This document shows positions 31,935-41,722 of a stretch of 64,000 nt of DNA, one piece after another. The notes beneath the pieces are model-generated. The model did no database searches. It saw only the letters and a list, made by a program, of their open reading frames with translations, and was not told where the DNA came from. How positions within the stretch are numbered: the first letter of the stretch is position 1; each line of letters opens with the position of its first letter. The DNA comes from a phage, in sequence record OZ335960.1, one strand, 5' to 3'. The translations under genes and the position numbers were made by a program.

Positions 31935-32395
31935 TAGTAAAGGTCCTCAGAGTAAAGTTCTTTTTCACTACCACCGCGTTCAATACGTACTTGTCCAGCA
32001 TAAGTTGCAATAATCATTGCTTCTTCGCGGGTCCAATAATTACTATATTGGTCAATAAACCCTTGGTCATCATCACAAACTTGTTGAGTAACTAATTGAG
32101 GTTTAACTACATCTAAAACTTCTGCCATATCTTTAGAATAATGACGAGCACCTGGAATAACAAGATTTCGACCATCTTTTAATTTAAAACGGTTGGCGGC
32201 ACAAACAATTCGTCGTTGATACTTTTGGTTTTCGTCCCAATACGCAGTCTGCCAACAGATTTCAGGAACTTCTTTCAGAATATCTTCTTCTGTGCATTTA
32301 TAACCATGTGCTTTAAATTTTTCAACAAGACTTTCTGGAGTTTCACGAGATAAAGGAACATTCAGCATTTTTAAACGATTAATAAATGGGTTCAT
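31934..32395 (-). CDS. hypothetical protein
   Basis: ORF track 153 aa. Confidence 0.5.
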   Translation of the reverse strand: MNPFINRLKMLNVPLSRETPESLVEKFKAHGYKCTEEDILKEVPEICWQTAYWDENQKYQRRIVCAANRFKLKDGRNLVIPGARHYSKDMAEVLDVVKPQLVTQQVCDDDQGFIDQYSNYWTREEAMIIATYAGQVRIERGGSEKELYSEDLY

Positions 32396-32721
32396 TTAAG
32401 CCATCCTTTAATACGCTGCCACAAAGTTTTCTGTTGAGCTTTGTTAATACCAATTGAGCGAATAACTGGTTGAGATTCCTGGAATTCTTTATAATCAGCA
32501 AGGTAAATTTCGTAAGCTGCATCCGTAAATGAACTTATCGCCGCCATAAAATTATTGCGAATACCTACTGGAGCATCTTTACTTTCACGAATAATCATGT
32601 ATTTACCAGTCTTAATCTTTACGATAGTTCCAAGATAAGCTCCATGGTACCAGATGTCCCACCCCTCTTGAGTGGGTTCTGCACAACGACGAAGTTCATT
32701 GATAATTTCTAACTTGTTCAT
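32392..32721 (-). CDS. hypothetical protein
   Basis: ORF track 109 aa. Confidence 0.45.
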   Translation of the reverse strand: MNKLEIINELRRCAEPTQEGWDIWYHGAYLGTIVKIKTGKYMIIRESKDAPVGIRNNFMAAISSFTDAAYEIYLADYKEFQESQPVIRSIGINKAQQKTLWQRIKGWLK

Positions 32722-32731
32722 TATTTATTCC

Positions 32732-33367
32732 TCACAGTTCAGATGCTACGGTGATTACTGCTTCAATGTTTTCTGCCGAGCGTTTAATGTCAAGATACAC
32801 ATTACCGTTTTTAGCGATTTTACATGACATTCCGATATCAGTAAATTTCTGAATATAGTGTTCCATCATTTTGTATCCAAAAATTCGCATATTTCCGTTG
32901 TTGTTAATTTCAAAATTGCGAATTCCGTGAGTACGTTTTTCTAAAATAGCAAGATAGTTACTGCGGTAAGTTTCAACCTTTTTAAGAACAAATCCATTTT
33001 CATCTAAAAGTTTTAACATGAAGTCTTTATCTTCTTCCATATCGGAAGTAATCTCACGAGCTTTACGAGTTGCTCGTTTTTTCAGTAGTTCAGGAGCATT
33101 TTCCTGTGCGTATAAAGTTGCCGCATTTGAAATAATATCCTGAGCTTCACCAGTAATGATTAATCCATCACCGGATTTCTCCACCAGGCCTTTTTTAATC
33201 AATACCCCAATATTACTATTAACTACTGCATTACCTAAATCTGGATGCACCTCACGAACTTCTGCAGCTGTAATGAAATCTTTCTTAGCAATGGTAATTA
33301 AAATTGCAGCAGTTTTTTCATTCAGAACATCGTTAGAAGCTTTGATGATGTAAGTTACTTTAGACAT
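32732..33367 (-). CDS. motA: MotA middle-transcription activator
   Basis: 211 aa; early promoter copy immediately upstream; matches recalled T4 MotA. Confidence 0.9.
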   Translation of the reverse strand: MSKVTYIIKASNDVLNEKTAAILITIAKKDFITAAEVREVHPDLGNAVVNSNIGVLIKKGLVEKSGDGLIITGEAQDIISNAATLYAQENAPELLKKRATRKAREITSDMEEDKDFMLKLLDENGFVLKKVETYRSNYLAILEKRTHGIRNFEINNNGNMRIFGYKMMEHYIQKFTDIGMSCKIAKNGNVYLDIKRSAENIEAVITVASEL

Positions 33368-33408
33368 TTTCTAATCTCCGTAATTCTGTATCAGTAGTTG
33401 ATAGTTGT

Positions 33409-33437
33409 ATAGTACCACAGTATGCTTTGGTTGTAAA
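33409..33437 (-). promoter_or_regulatory. T4-type early promoter for motA (conserved cassette copy)
   Basis: Conserved cassette ...GGTTTACA...CTGTGGTACTATACAACTATCAACTACTGATAC... Confidence 0.6.
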
Positions 33438-33463
33438 CCGTTTTGTGAAAAAATTTTTGAAAT

Positions 33464-33489
33464 AAAAAAGGGAGAGCCTCAGCTCTCCC
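33464..33489 (-). terminator. rho-independent terminator downstream of gene 52
   Basis: Minus strand GGGAGAGC-UGAG-GCUCUCCC followed by a U-run. Confidence 0.6.
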
Positions 33490-33494
33490 TAAAA

Positions 33495-33644
33495 TTACTG
33501 CATGACTGTGATAACTGTCATGATAACACGTTGAATTCCGAACGCAAGAAGACCTCCTGCTACGGCAGGAACAACACCTAAACCCGCCAGTAAAATGCTA
33601 CCAGATACTAATGCAGCGCTTGTAATACCAATGAATGGACTCAT
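33495..33644 (-). CDS. small hydrophobic membrane protein (below track cutoff)
   Basis: Hand translation MSPFIGITSAALVSGSILLAGLGVVPAVAGG... 49 aa; ATGA overlap with the gene 52 stop; terminator hairpin directly downstream. Confidence 0.35.
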   Translation of the reverse strand: MSPFIGITSAALVSGSILLAGLGVVPAVAGGLLAFGIQRVIMTVITVMQ

Positions 33645-34969
33645 TTGATTTCCTCTAAATCTTTGGTGTATTCTGTAACTACATCAGTAGTTTTCCAATA
33701 TTCGTTTTCTTCTTTCTTAGCTTTAGCTTCTTCGGCAAGTTTCTTTGCTTCGTCGGAAGTCATATGAAAAATATTCATTCCGACTAGTTTATCAACATAA
33801 GAAGAATACATATCAATTTTAGAAAGTTCTTCGGTCAGTTCTTTGCGAGTTTTACCTTGCACAACAATTTCACCTGAAATTACTTTCTTAATGAAATGTG
33901 CCTTGGCAAAAGCTAAACGAAATGCTGATTCAGTTTCTTTGATTTTGTTATCAATTCGTTTTTGGACATAAGTTTTACGAACTTCAACGAAGTCTTTGAT
34001 TAAATCAACTACATTATCGTAAACTTGCAGCTTTCCTTTCTCATTAATAACGGTGATATTCTGGGAACGACGCTCAATCAACCCAAAGTCTTTCATGATT
34101 TTTGCGTGGCGTTCTTCTTCGTTATCGCTCAAAGAATATTCTTTGCGGAATTTAACTTTGAAGCCAAAACCATGCTCACCACAAGCATCATCCCACGTAA
34201 TGAAGCCTTTATCTTCAAGCGGGTCTAAGATTTTACTCACATAAGTTTCACGATCATACTTATACGGAATCTCAGTGATATGCATTTGAGTTCGTGAAGT
34301 AAACTTGTATGTTCCACGAATTTCATATTGACCGTCAATTTCAACGACTTCACCACGAAATTCTGGGAATTCTACCTTCGGTTTAGTTACTTTCTTTCCT
34401 TGAAGAGCTTGCAATACAGCTTTCTTGACAGAAGAAACACTATGAGGAAGAATGTAAGTTGCATAACCAGTTGCAATACCGGAAACACCATTAAGAAGAA
34501 CAGTAGGAATAATAGGCAAATAGAAAGCAGGCGGAATGTGTTCTTTATCTTGATGTACCGGAGCATATTCAGTATCTTTATATACACTATAGAAATTTTT
34601 ACTTACACGAGCAAAAATATAACGACTTGCCGCTGCTTTTTGAACGGTACGAGAACCAAAGTTTCCTTGACCATCTAACAAAGGAAAGTTATTATTCCAA
34701 GTATTAGCCATCAAAGCACCTGCGTCTTGCGCAGAGTTTTCACCATGATGATATCCAAGGTCTGCTACACCACCTGCAATAGAAGCGAGTTTGTGAAACT
34801 TATCTTTATTTCCTCGTGCCAAATCAAGAGCTCGAGCAATAACAAATCGTTGAACTGGCTTAAATCCATCAATCATATTTGGGATAGCACGATTTTCAAC
34901 CGTGTACATAGCATAAGCCAATGCTTCATTATCAATGATACTTTTTAAATCGCGATTATTCAGTTGCAT
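33641..34969 (-). CDS. 52: DNA topoisomerase II medium subunit gp52
   Basis: 442 aa; GyrA-like active-site tyrosine region. Confidence 0.9.
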   Translation of the reverse strand: MQLNNRDLKSIIDNEALAYAMYTVENRAIPNMIDGFKPVQRFVIARALDLARGNKDKFHKLASIAGGVADLGYHHGENSAQDAGALMANTWNNNFPLLDGQGNFGSRTVQKAAASRYIFARVSKNFYSVYKDTEYAPVHQDKEHIPPAFYLPIIPTVLLNGVSGIATGYATYILPHSVSSVKKAVLQALQGKKVTKPKVEFPEFRGEVVEIDGQYEIRGTYKFTSRTQMHITEIPYKYDRETYVSKILDPLEDKGFITWDDACGEHGFGFKVKFRKEYSLSDNEEERHAKIMKDFGLIERRSQNITVINEKGKLQVYDNVVDLIKDFVEVRKTYVQKRIDNKIKETESAFRLAFAKAHFIKKVISGEIVVQGKTRKELTEELSKIDMYSSYVDKLVGMNIFHMTSDEAKKLAEEAKAKKEENEYWKTTDVVTEYTKDLEEIK

Positions 34970-35106
34970 AAATTTACCATACTAGTGAATGTAGTGCCAT
35001 AATAACATCAGAAATGAAAAGCACGACTTGAATTAATCCGAACATTACTCCATAATATAGTGCTACCAATAAAGTAGCAAGGGCTAATGAATAGCCCAAG
35101 ATTTTC

Positions 35107-35265
35107 TTAATCATTAGTAGATAACAACACAAATGTTAAATATGCACACATACCCTGGGCTAAAGCTTGTGAAAACACACTGCTAGCATCAATACAGATA
35201 GTTAAAACACATGCTACTATCCAACAAACAAATGAAATAACTCCTAATAATTTTGCGATATTCAT
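35107..35265 (-). CDS. small inner-membrane protein, ac-like
   Basis: Track ORF trimmed to ATG 35265 (RBS GAGGAGAA) giving 52 aa; hydrophobic; tandem paralog of the next ORF. Confidence 0.5.
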   Translation of the reverse strand: MNIAKLLGVISFVCWIVACVLTICIDASSVFSQALAQGMCAYLTFVLLSTND

Positions 35266-35275
35266 AATATTCTCC

Positions 35276-35431
35276 TCAACTATTTTTAGAACCAATGTAC
35301 GCGAATAATGATAAAATCGCTAATACGCCCTGAGCTGATGCTTGCAAAAATACTGAAGTTTCTCCAGTTATTACTGTTCCGATGCATAAAAAGAACCAAC
35401 AGAAAAAGGCTATACCGTGAACAAATTTCAT
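35276..35431 (-). CDS. small inner-membrane protein, ac-like paralog (below track cutoff)
   Basis: Hand translation MKFVHGIAFFCWFFLCIGTVITGETSVFLQASAQGV... 51 aa; shares FxCW...SVF.QA.AQG with the adjacent ORF. Confidence 0.45.
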   Translation of the reverse strand: MKFVHGIAFFCWFFLCIGTVITGETSVFLQASAQGVLAILSLFAYIGSKNS

Positions 35432-35438
35432 ATTTTCC

Positions 35439-35519
35439 TCACTGGCGTCCGAAGACGCCTTTGGTTTTAAGATTATTACGATAGAACTGCATCACGTGTT
35501 CGTTATGGAAATTACTCAT
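35439..35519 (-). CDS. stp: Stp peptide (activator of the host PrrC anticodon nuclease)
   Basis: Hand translation [26 protein letters not shown], 26 aa, matches recalled T4 Stp; start overlaps the ndd stop. Confidence 0.8.
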
Positions 35520-35974
35520 TAGTATGCCTGCAAAACAAATTTAAAGTTATCAGCCAACATACGGTTCATTTCTTCAAGCGTTTGATATTCAGAATGATGA
35601 TTACGAGTAAACGCTAAAGCTAACTGGCCTTTTCCAAATCCTGTCGTCAGAGGTTTCATCTTAGAAGCAGGTAGATAAAATACTGTATATGGAACATTAT
35701 TATTTGCAATAGTACGCGCAAGCTGAGACCGACGCTGACGAATATGACTTAGAACTGCACTGAATCCTTGCTTAGAACGCTGATTACCTACATAAAATCG
35801 TGCAGATACACACGGACTATCAAATGGACCACCAAATTTACTCACTAAAAAGTAAAATCCAGGTGTAGATAAAATGTCTTTATGTGGAGTTCCAAAAACC
35901 CATTCACCGCCCTTGATTGTACCAATAACAGTAGCACCTGCATTATTCAAATCAGTAACAGTCATGTATTTCAT
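35519..35974 (-). CDS. ndd: nucleoid disruption protein
   Basis: 151 aa, matches recalled T4 Ndd. Confidence 0.85.
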
Positions 35975-36033
35975 ATTAATTTCCTCTAATTATTTTCTAC
36001 TCCAAGGCCGCATGAATACACACGGCCGATAAA

Positions 36034-36351
36034 TTAATCGTCGCAGTCGACGCTCAATTCCCAGAACTCTTCTACAGTATAAGTTTCAGTATCGTTTTCA
36101 ATACAGAAACGTTCATTACTGTTATTTGCTAAAGTAGCATTAACTGTCATTTTCTCGCTAGTGCTCTTAAGAGGTGAAATACGAATTAACTGATCACCAC
36201 TATCCAAGCAAAAAATTTCGCCAACTTTTACATCTTTAAAAATTTTCATATTCACCTCAGGGAGTATAAAATCCAAATGCAGTTGTTGACCATCCCATCC
36301 AATACGGAAAATTTGCACCAACGTAAAACATGAGAATATAAAACCAACCAC
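36034..36351 (-). CDS. hypothetical protein
   Basis: ORF track 105 aa. Confidence 0.45.
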   Translation of the reverse strand: MVGFIFSCFTLVQIFRIGWDGQQLHLDFILPEVNMKIFKDVKVGEIFCLDSGDQLIRISPLKSTSEKMTVNATLANNSNERFCIENDTETYTVEEFWELSVDCDD

Positions 36352-36363
36352 TCAGCAAATTCA

Positions 36364-36582
36364 TCATTTTACACCATTCCAAATTGTTTCAACCACAGAT
36401 TTTAAGCCATTTTGATGAATGTCCATTCCGACAACTGCCATCAAATAAATTCCAACTACAACTGAACCTAAGGCAAAAATCAGCATGAAAATGAATAAAG
36501 CTGGAAAAATATTATCGAAAAACCATTCAATAAATGTAAAAGCACTACGTTTACGCTTCATATTTTCCTCACATAAATCCAA
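36364..36582 (-). CDS. small membrane protein
   Basis: ORF track 72 aa, two hydrophobic helices. Confidence 0.45.
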   Translation of the reverse strand: MDLCEENMKRKRSAFTFIEWFFDNIFPALFIFMLIFALGSVVVGIYLMAVVGMDIHQNGLKSVVETIWNGVK

Positions 36583-36681
36583 AGTAAGCGTTTAATACAT
36601 CAATCATTAAAACGATTGGGAATATACTCAAAACTACTAGTATTATAACTACATTCCATATAGCTTTAACAATCTTTTTCA
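36569..36681 (-). CDS. small membrane protein
   Basis: Track ORF 36569-36817 reads through an early promoter; real start ATG 36681 with GGAGGAA RBS gives 37 aa (MKKIVKAIWNVVIILVVL...). Confidence 0.4.
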
Positions 36682-36709
36682 TTTTCTGTTCCTCCGTAGT
36701 TGATAGTTG

Positions 36710-36738
36710 TATAGTACCACAGAGGAACAGTCTTGTAA
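36710..36738 (-). promoter_or_regulatory. T4-type early promoter (conserved cassette copy)
   Basis: Same about 45-bp conserved cassette, TTTACA-17-TACTAT. Confidence 0.6.
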
Positions 36739-36957
36739 ACAACTTTTTTAAAAATATTCGTAATAAATGTGAATACCAATCACTACTGCCGAAACTTGCG
36801 CAACCCACCACGCACAAGCAATAAGCACAGAATTCAAAATTTTCATAATAACCTCATTACAAAAGTAAATGTTAAACAAATTAATGGAATACTAATTAAC
36901 CAAACAAAACACCACCACAATGAACTCATAGTTCAATCTCAACGATTTTCATTTTAC

Positions 36958-37164
36958 TCAATAATCTGCTAAAAGATCGACGATTGCATCACGAAGACAC
37001 TTATTCGCAATACGTTTAAGAGCAATTTCAGTTTCTGGAGCATTTTGAATAATCATTGAATTCAATTCAGCCTCAGCAAACTGAAGTTCTTTAACTAATT
37101 CAGCTTTATATTTTCCTTGCCCTTTCTTAGCTTTTGCTCGTTTTAATTCAGCTGTAGTAAACAT
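36958..37164 (-). CDS. hypothetical protein
   Basis: Track ORF (TTG start) trimmed to ATG 37164 with GGAGAAT RBS; early promoter copy at 37199-37227. Confidence 0.45.
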   Translation of the reverse strand: MFTTAELKRAKAKKGQGKYKAELVKELQFAEAELNSMIIQNAPETEIALKRIANKCLRDAIVDLLADY

Positions 37165-37198
37165 TTTATTCTCCAAATCCGTATCAGTTGATAGTTGT

Positions 37199-37227
37199 AT
37201 AGTACCACAGTCCTTGTGGTATGTAAA
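37199..37227 (-). promoter_or_regulatory. T4-type early promoter (conserved cassette copy)
   Basis: Same conserved cassette, TTTACA-17-TACTAT. Confidence 0.6.
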
Positions 37228-37245
37228 CCGTTTTGTGAAAATTTT

Positions 37246-37803
37246 TTAAATGGAAAGATACCATCCGTTGTAGTTGCTTTTTCTTACAACCTTACGAAGG
37301 TCTTCTCTATCACCGATGAACTTCGGAGTGTACTGGATGACACCTGGGTGAATTTCTTTAGTGTTGAATATAATTATACAGTCAGCGACCTGATGATTCA
37401 GAATGGGCCCTAGATTTATTCCAGAACCATATGGATACTCTCCGCTGCATCCTGTTGTTACAGAAATCCAACGTGAGTCAGTTTGATGTGTCTTAACTTC
37501 TACACGAAGCCCGCAATATCTTGGATGCGCCAATACATCCCATGCGTATGTATACGGGTCATTAACATCCTCTTGGCCTTTGTTAACATACCCGCTTAGC
37601 CAATCTGCTACAAAAAACTCTGCGTACACCGCGATACGACATCTTTCAATAACTTCTGCTTTATCCTGATTTGGATTTTGTTTTAAAGAGTATCTTGCTG
37701 TATCAGCAATTTTGACCTTCATTTCACTAGTCAAGTCACTGTTCGATAGGGTAAATGTCGGAATCTGAAATAGTCTCTGTAAACCCGGATTCGTTTTCTG
37801 CAT
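37246..37803 (-). CDS. denB: endonuclease IV
   Basis: 185 aa, matches recalled T4 DenB. Confidence 0.85.
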   Translation of the reverse strand: MQKTNPGLQRLFQIPTFTLSNSDLTSEMKVKIADTARYSLKQNPNQDKAEVIERCRIAVYAEFFVADWLSGYVNKGQEDVNDPYTYAWDVLAHPRYCGLRVEVKTHQTDSRWISVTTGCSGEYPYGSGINLGPILNHQVADCIIIFNTKEIHPGVIQYTPKFIGDREDLRKVVRKSNYNGWYLSI

Positions 37804-38065
37804 TTAGACTTTCCTTTTTACCGCTGAGATAAGCGTTATATACTTTAAGAGTGCCGTAATAAATTCGGTCATTTTCGTCTAAAGACTCACGGTCAAGTTC
37901 ATCGAGTTCCTTTTTATCCATGACTATAATATCATTGCAGTAAAGAAACCCAAGTTTTTCGTGACCAAACTCAAATTTATTGCAGTACACAATATTAGCA
38001 TGATGATTTCCGTGCAGTTTAATCTCTTTTATGTCGGAATCACCGATATTCATACAATAAATCAT
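37736..38065 (-). CDS. hypothetical protein
   Basis: ORF track 109 aa; long overlap with the denB start, so boundaries are uncertain. Confidence 0.4.
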   Translation of the reverse strand: MIYCMNIGDSDIKEIKLHGNHHANIVYCNKFEFGHEKLGFLYCNDIIVMDKKELDELDRESLDENDRIYYGTLKVYNAYLSGKKESLNAENESGFTETISDSDIYPIEQ

Positions 38066-38103
38066 AATTTTTCCTTAAAACAAAAGGGCCGAAGCCCCTT
38101 ATT

Positions 38104-38298
38104 TTATTTGAATTGTGCAATTCTTTTTTCTAAACAATCTGCGTAAGATTTCATTGAGATGAACTGTGAAAGCAGTAATTCTTGCTCAACTTCATTAATC
38201 GTTAGAAACTTTGTGCTTTCTAAAAATTTGCTCAGTGCATTAATTTTGAGCATTAATTGATCGTATTCTTCTTTTACTCGTGCTTGATAACCTAACAT
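38104..38298 (-). CDS. hypothetical protein flanked by UUCG hairpins
   Basis: ORF track 64 aa; GGGCC-UUCG-GGCCC type hairpins on both sides. Confidence 0.4.
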   Translation of the reverse strand: MLGYQARVKEEYDQLMLKINALSKFLESTKFLTINEVEQELLLSQFISMKSYADCLEKRIAQFK

Positions 38299-38326
38299 AA
38301 TTTTCCTTAGTTAAGGGCCGAAGCCC

Positions 38327-39265
38327 TTATTTAAATTGTTCAGTAACGTCTTCAACTACTTCGTATTGGCAGGTACGCATTTTAGCATCATTGTAATCAA
38401 TCGGAATTGATACTACATCGCGAGGATGTACTTTAACTTTTACAACTCGACTGGTTGAACTGCCAAAGTGACGAATATAAGATTTAGAACACACATGCAG
38501 ACCATGAGAACAAGTTTGTGTATCATCGTCATTCACGCGAGTACGTGGCATTTTAACTACTTTACCGGGACTGTTATCAAAAGTATTTGAATGACAGTCA
38601 AAGTAATTGCTGCGAACTACTTTCCAAGCATAGAAGTAACCATCTTCTGTAATTTCAATATCGTTTGCTACCAAGAAATCAAAGAGTCGAGATACTGCTT
38701 TTTGGCTTGGGTTTTCCAACAGATTTTCCAAGAACGGAAAATAAAATTCAAAGTTTTCACCTTTTTCCATCGAATCGAGAATACGATCAACTAAACCAGA
38801 CCGCAATTCAATATTTTGATAGAACAAGCTTCCACCTTCAATTCGAACATCACCGGAAATATATTTTTCAACAGCGCGGCGAACATTAATTTTTTGTGCC
38901 GCTTCTTCCAATTTATCTGCAACAAGCAGATTAAGAATTTCCTGGAAGTTTGAATGAGTATTAGGAGTTGCGTTATAAGTTACACCGTCAACAGTAATTG
39001 AAATGAATTTTTTAGATGCATTCCAAATAATGTCAGATTTAGCAACTGGAGCGATAGCTGTATCGCTATTAACTTTAACCGTAATATCACCACTAATAGT
39101 AACTTTAGAGCGCTCAGCTTCTTCAGCATTTTTCAAAACACGACGGATTGTGTCAACCGATACACCTTGCCAATCAGCCAATTCCTGCTGGGTGTAATTA
39201 CCACTTGAATACAGTTTGACAATTTCAGCTTGTTCGTTTTTGGTCAGGCATTTAATATTGTACAT
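38327..39265 (-). CDS. rIIB: rIIB protein
   Basis: 312 aa, matches recalled T4 rIIB. Confidence 0.9.
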   Translation of the reverse strand: MYNIKCLTKNEQAEIVKLYSSGNYTQQELADWQGVSVDTIRRVLKNAEEAERSKVTISGDITVKVNSDTAIAPVAKSDIIWNASKKFISITVDGVTYNATPNTHSNFQEILNLLVADKLEEAAQKINVRRAVEKYISGDVRIEGGSLFYQNIELRSGLVDRILDSMEKGENFEFYFPFLENLLENPSQKAVSRLFDFLVANDIEITEDGYFYAWKVVRSNYFDCHSNTFDNSPGKVVKMPRTRVNDDDTQTCSHGLHVCSKSYIRHFGSSTSRVVKVKVHPRDVVSIPIDYNDAKMRTCQYEVVEDVTEQFK

Positions 39266-39276
39266 AATTTTCCTTA

Positions 39277-41454
39277 TTAGGCCGCAAGGGCCTTCATAGT
39301 TTTAGCGATTTGTGAAACTTCATCATCACTTAAAGAGTTGCGATAACCGATGAAGTCGGAAACAATACGGAATTTCTTAGTAAACTCAGTAACCATTTTA
39401 TCACTGTTTTTTGAAGCATTGTTTGATAATACATCAAAAAGATTAGTTACTGTCCAGATGTCATGACCGATGGTACCTTTTCCACCGTTGAAATATATAC
39501 CCTGCAATGAACTAACCATATTACCAAGGCGAGTATATTCTTCAGAAACTTCATCTACACTGAAGTACTTCATCATAAAATCTAGTTCAGGATACTTAAT
39601 AATTTTATCAATATATCGTTTAGCTGAACTTGAATAACCTACATACTTATCATAATCTACAGCATCAAAAGCATCTACATATAAATCACGTAGAGTTTCA
39701 AAAATACATTGGCATTGACCGAGTTCTTTTACCTTTTTCTGTAAAAGCGGACGAATAACATAAAATTCATTAATGCCAATAAGATTAGCCATACGAGTCA
39801 AAATACTCGTAGATGGATGACAAAGAGATGTAGTACCATCCATAGAGAAAATATCAGAACGATGCATATATGCTACATAGCCAGTAATTTCATCTGCTTC
39901 TGATGTGAGTGTAAACAGTTCCTCTTTTTCCCAGCGTCCGTCTTTAATTTCAAACTTAAATGCAGTGGCAGCTTTAGGACGAGGAGCTTTACTTTTAACT
40001 ACCTTCGGAATATAACTTTTAACTAAAGCTTCAATTTCTGACAAATAATGAATGTTAACTTCATCACTTTCAAACATTGCCATAATATCAGGGAGTAAAT
40101 CAATCTGTGATTCTACTTCCGGATTAATAAACAGAAGACGCTCATTGTGATGAATATTCAAAGTGTTATTAAATTCACTATCATCTAATGCACGTGCTAA
40201 TCCACGGACAATATTAACACGATTTTTAGTATTATCAATAACAATATTAATTTTTGTTGTATTAATACCAAACAGACGATAACTTGATGCAACGGCTGAA
40301 GTTTCATGACTTTGCTTAATGCGTTTCAGTCGAGGGTCAAGATTTACTTCATACACAACCCCTGCATTGCATAGTTTACTATCAGGTTCAAACATGCTTT
40401 GCATCTTCTTATATGACAGATTTTTAGTCGTGAATTTGACTGAATTACTAATCATATAATCTCGAGCAGAATACCCCATCTTCATCAATTCACGGTATGT
40501 ATGACGAGGAGATGTAGATTCTTTAAATCGTTTTACATCTTTATTAAATGCCTTCTCACTGAGCTCTTTAACACGCTCAATAATATTTTTACGAGTACGA
40601 TCATCTAATGAAAGAGCCTCACGCGATGGAGCAATATCAAGTGAACCCATTGGAAACTTAATGTAATTCACTTCATTGCGGATGCTTAACCAGTTACGGT
40701 CTCTAATAACACCATCAATAGGATAAACAATACCACCATAGATAGCATATAATCCACCGCGATCTGGCCAGTATCTTTCTGGATTTACACCGTAATAGTC
40801 ATCAAAATCAGGAAAATAATCAATTTCGCGGTCAAGACCATTAATGATAGCCAAATCTTTGAATGGCCGCATGATATAAGAAACTTCATAAGCAAAGTTT
40901 CTAAAGTCTTTTTCTTCAACTGGAACTACGATTTCAATACCAGTTTTATCGTTTGGACCCATTTCTTTTACGAATGTAGGTTTAATTTGCGGACCATCAC
41001 CATCCATGTAAGCTACATAACCACGAATTTCACCTTTATGATATGAAGTAATACTAAATGTATCAGTATAACTAAACGGAGATTTAGAACCTAAACCAAA
41101 TCCGCCAATGAAATCGTTAGATTCAGCCTTAGATGAACTAAAGTATGAATTATACAACCCAGGAGAATTATCATCACCTTGAATATCAAAATCACTCATA
41201 CCCGGACCAAAATCTCGACAAACAAATCGCGGATCTAATCGTCCTGGAACTTGAATGATAAATTTTTCAGGATTTCCATTGAGAGCATGGGCATCAATCA
41301 TGTTGGTAATCAATTCACGGACTACTGCGCGAATCCTGTTTGTATACAAATCAGATGACAGAATTTTAAATACTTTAGGAGATGCTGTGATGCTAAATGC
41401 TTTTGATTTAGAACCATTACCAAGAATTGTTTCTTTTTCAGTGGTGATAATCAT
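39277..41454 (-). CDS. rIIA: rIIA protein (GHKL ATPase-like N-terminus)
   Basis: 725 aa; Bergerat-fold motif [10 protein letters not shown]. Confidence 0.95.
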   Translation of the reverse strand: MIITTEKETILGNGSKSKAFSITASPKVFKILSSDLYTNRIRAVVRELITNMIDAHALNGNPEKFIIQVPGRLDPRFVCRDFGPGMSDFDIQGDDNSPGLYNSYFSSSKAESNDFIGGFGLGSKSPFSYTDTFSITSYHKGEIRGYVAYMDGDGPQIKPTFVKEMGPNDKTGIEIVVPVEEKDFRNFAYEVSYIMRPFKDLAIINGLDREIDYFPDFDDYYGVNPERYWPDRGGLYAIYGGIVYPIDGVIRDRNWLSIRNEVNYIKFPMGSLDIAPSREALSLDDRTRKNIIERVKELSEKAFNKDVKRFKESTSPRHTYRELMKMGYSARDYMISNSVKFTTKNLSYKKMQSMFEPDSKLCNAGVVYEVNLDPRLKRIKQSHETSAVASSYRLFGINTTKINIVIDNTKNRVNIVRGLARALDDSEFNNTLNIHHNERLLFINPEVESQIDLLPDIMAMFESDEVNIHYLSEIEALVKSYIPKVVKSKAPRPKAATAFKFEIKDGRWEKEELFTLTSEADEITGYVAYMHRSDIFSMDGTTSLCHPSTSILTRMANLIGINEFYVIRPLLQKKVKELGQCQCIFETLRDLYVDAFDAVDYDKYVGYSSSAKRYIDKIIKYPELDFMMKYFSVDEVSEEYTRLGNMVSSLQGIYFNGGKGTIGHDIWTVTNLFDVLSNNASKNSDKMVTEFTKKFRIVSDFIGYRNSLSDDEVSQIAKTMKALAA

Positions 41455-41464
41455 AATTTCCTCA

Positions 41465-41668
41465 TTAATTCATATTGCGTTTAATAACTTCAGCGACTTC
41501 TAGTAGTTCATCTTTAGTTGCAGTGTCAGATTGAATTTTATCTCTAATATCCTTAAAGCGGTTTTTAAACTCTTCGGCTTCTCCCATATCGAAAAAGCGT
41601 TGAATGATTCTATATTCTCGATGAACTGCTTTATCAAAAAGTTCTAAATTTACTTTATATGATTTCAT
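41465..41668 (-). CDS. hypothetical protein (rIIA.1 position)
   Basis: ORF track 67 aa. Confidence 0.45.
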   Translation of the reverse strand: MKSYKVNLELFDKAVHREYRIIQRFFDMGEAEEFKNRFKDIRDKIQSDTATKDELLEVAEVIKRNMN

Positions 41669-41722
41669 TTCAATATCCTCATTTGCCCAATTAATTATAC
41701 CACATCCTTGTGGTAAAGTAAA

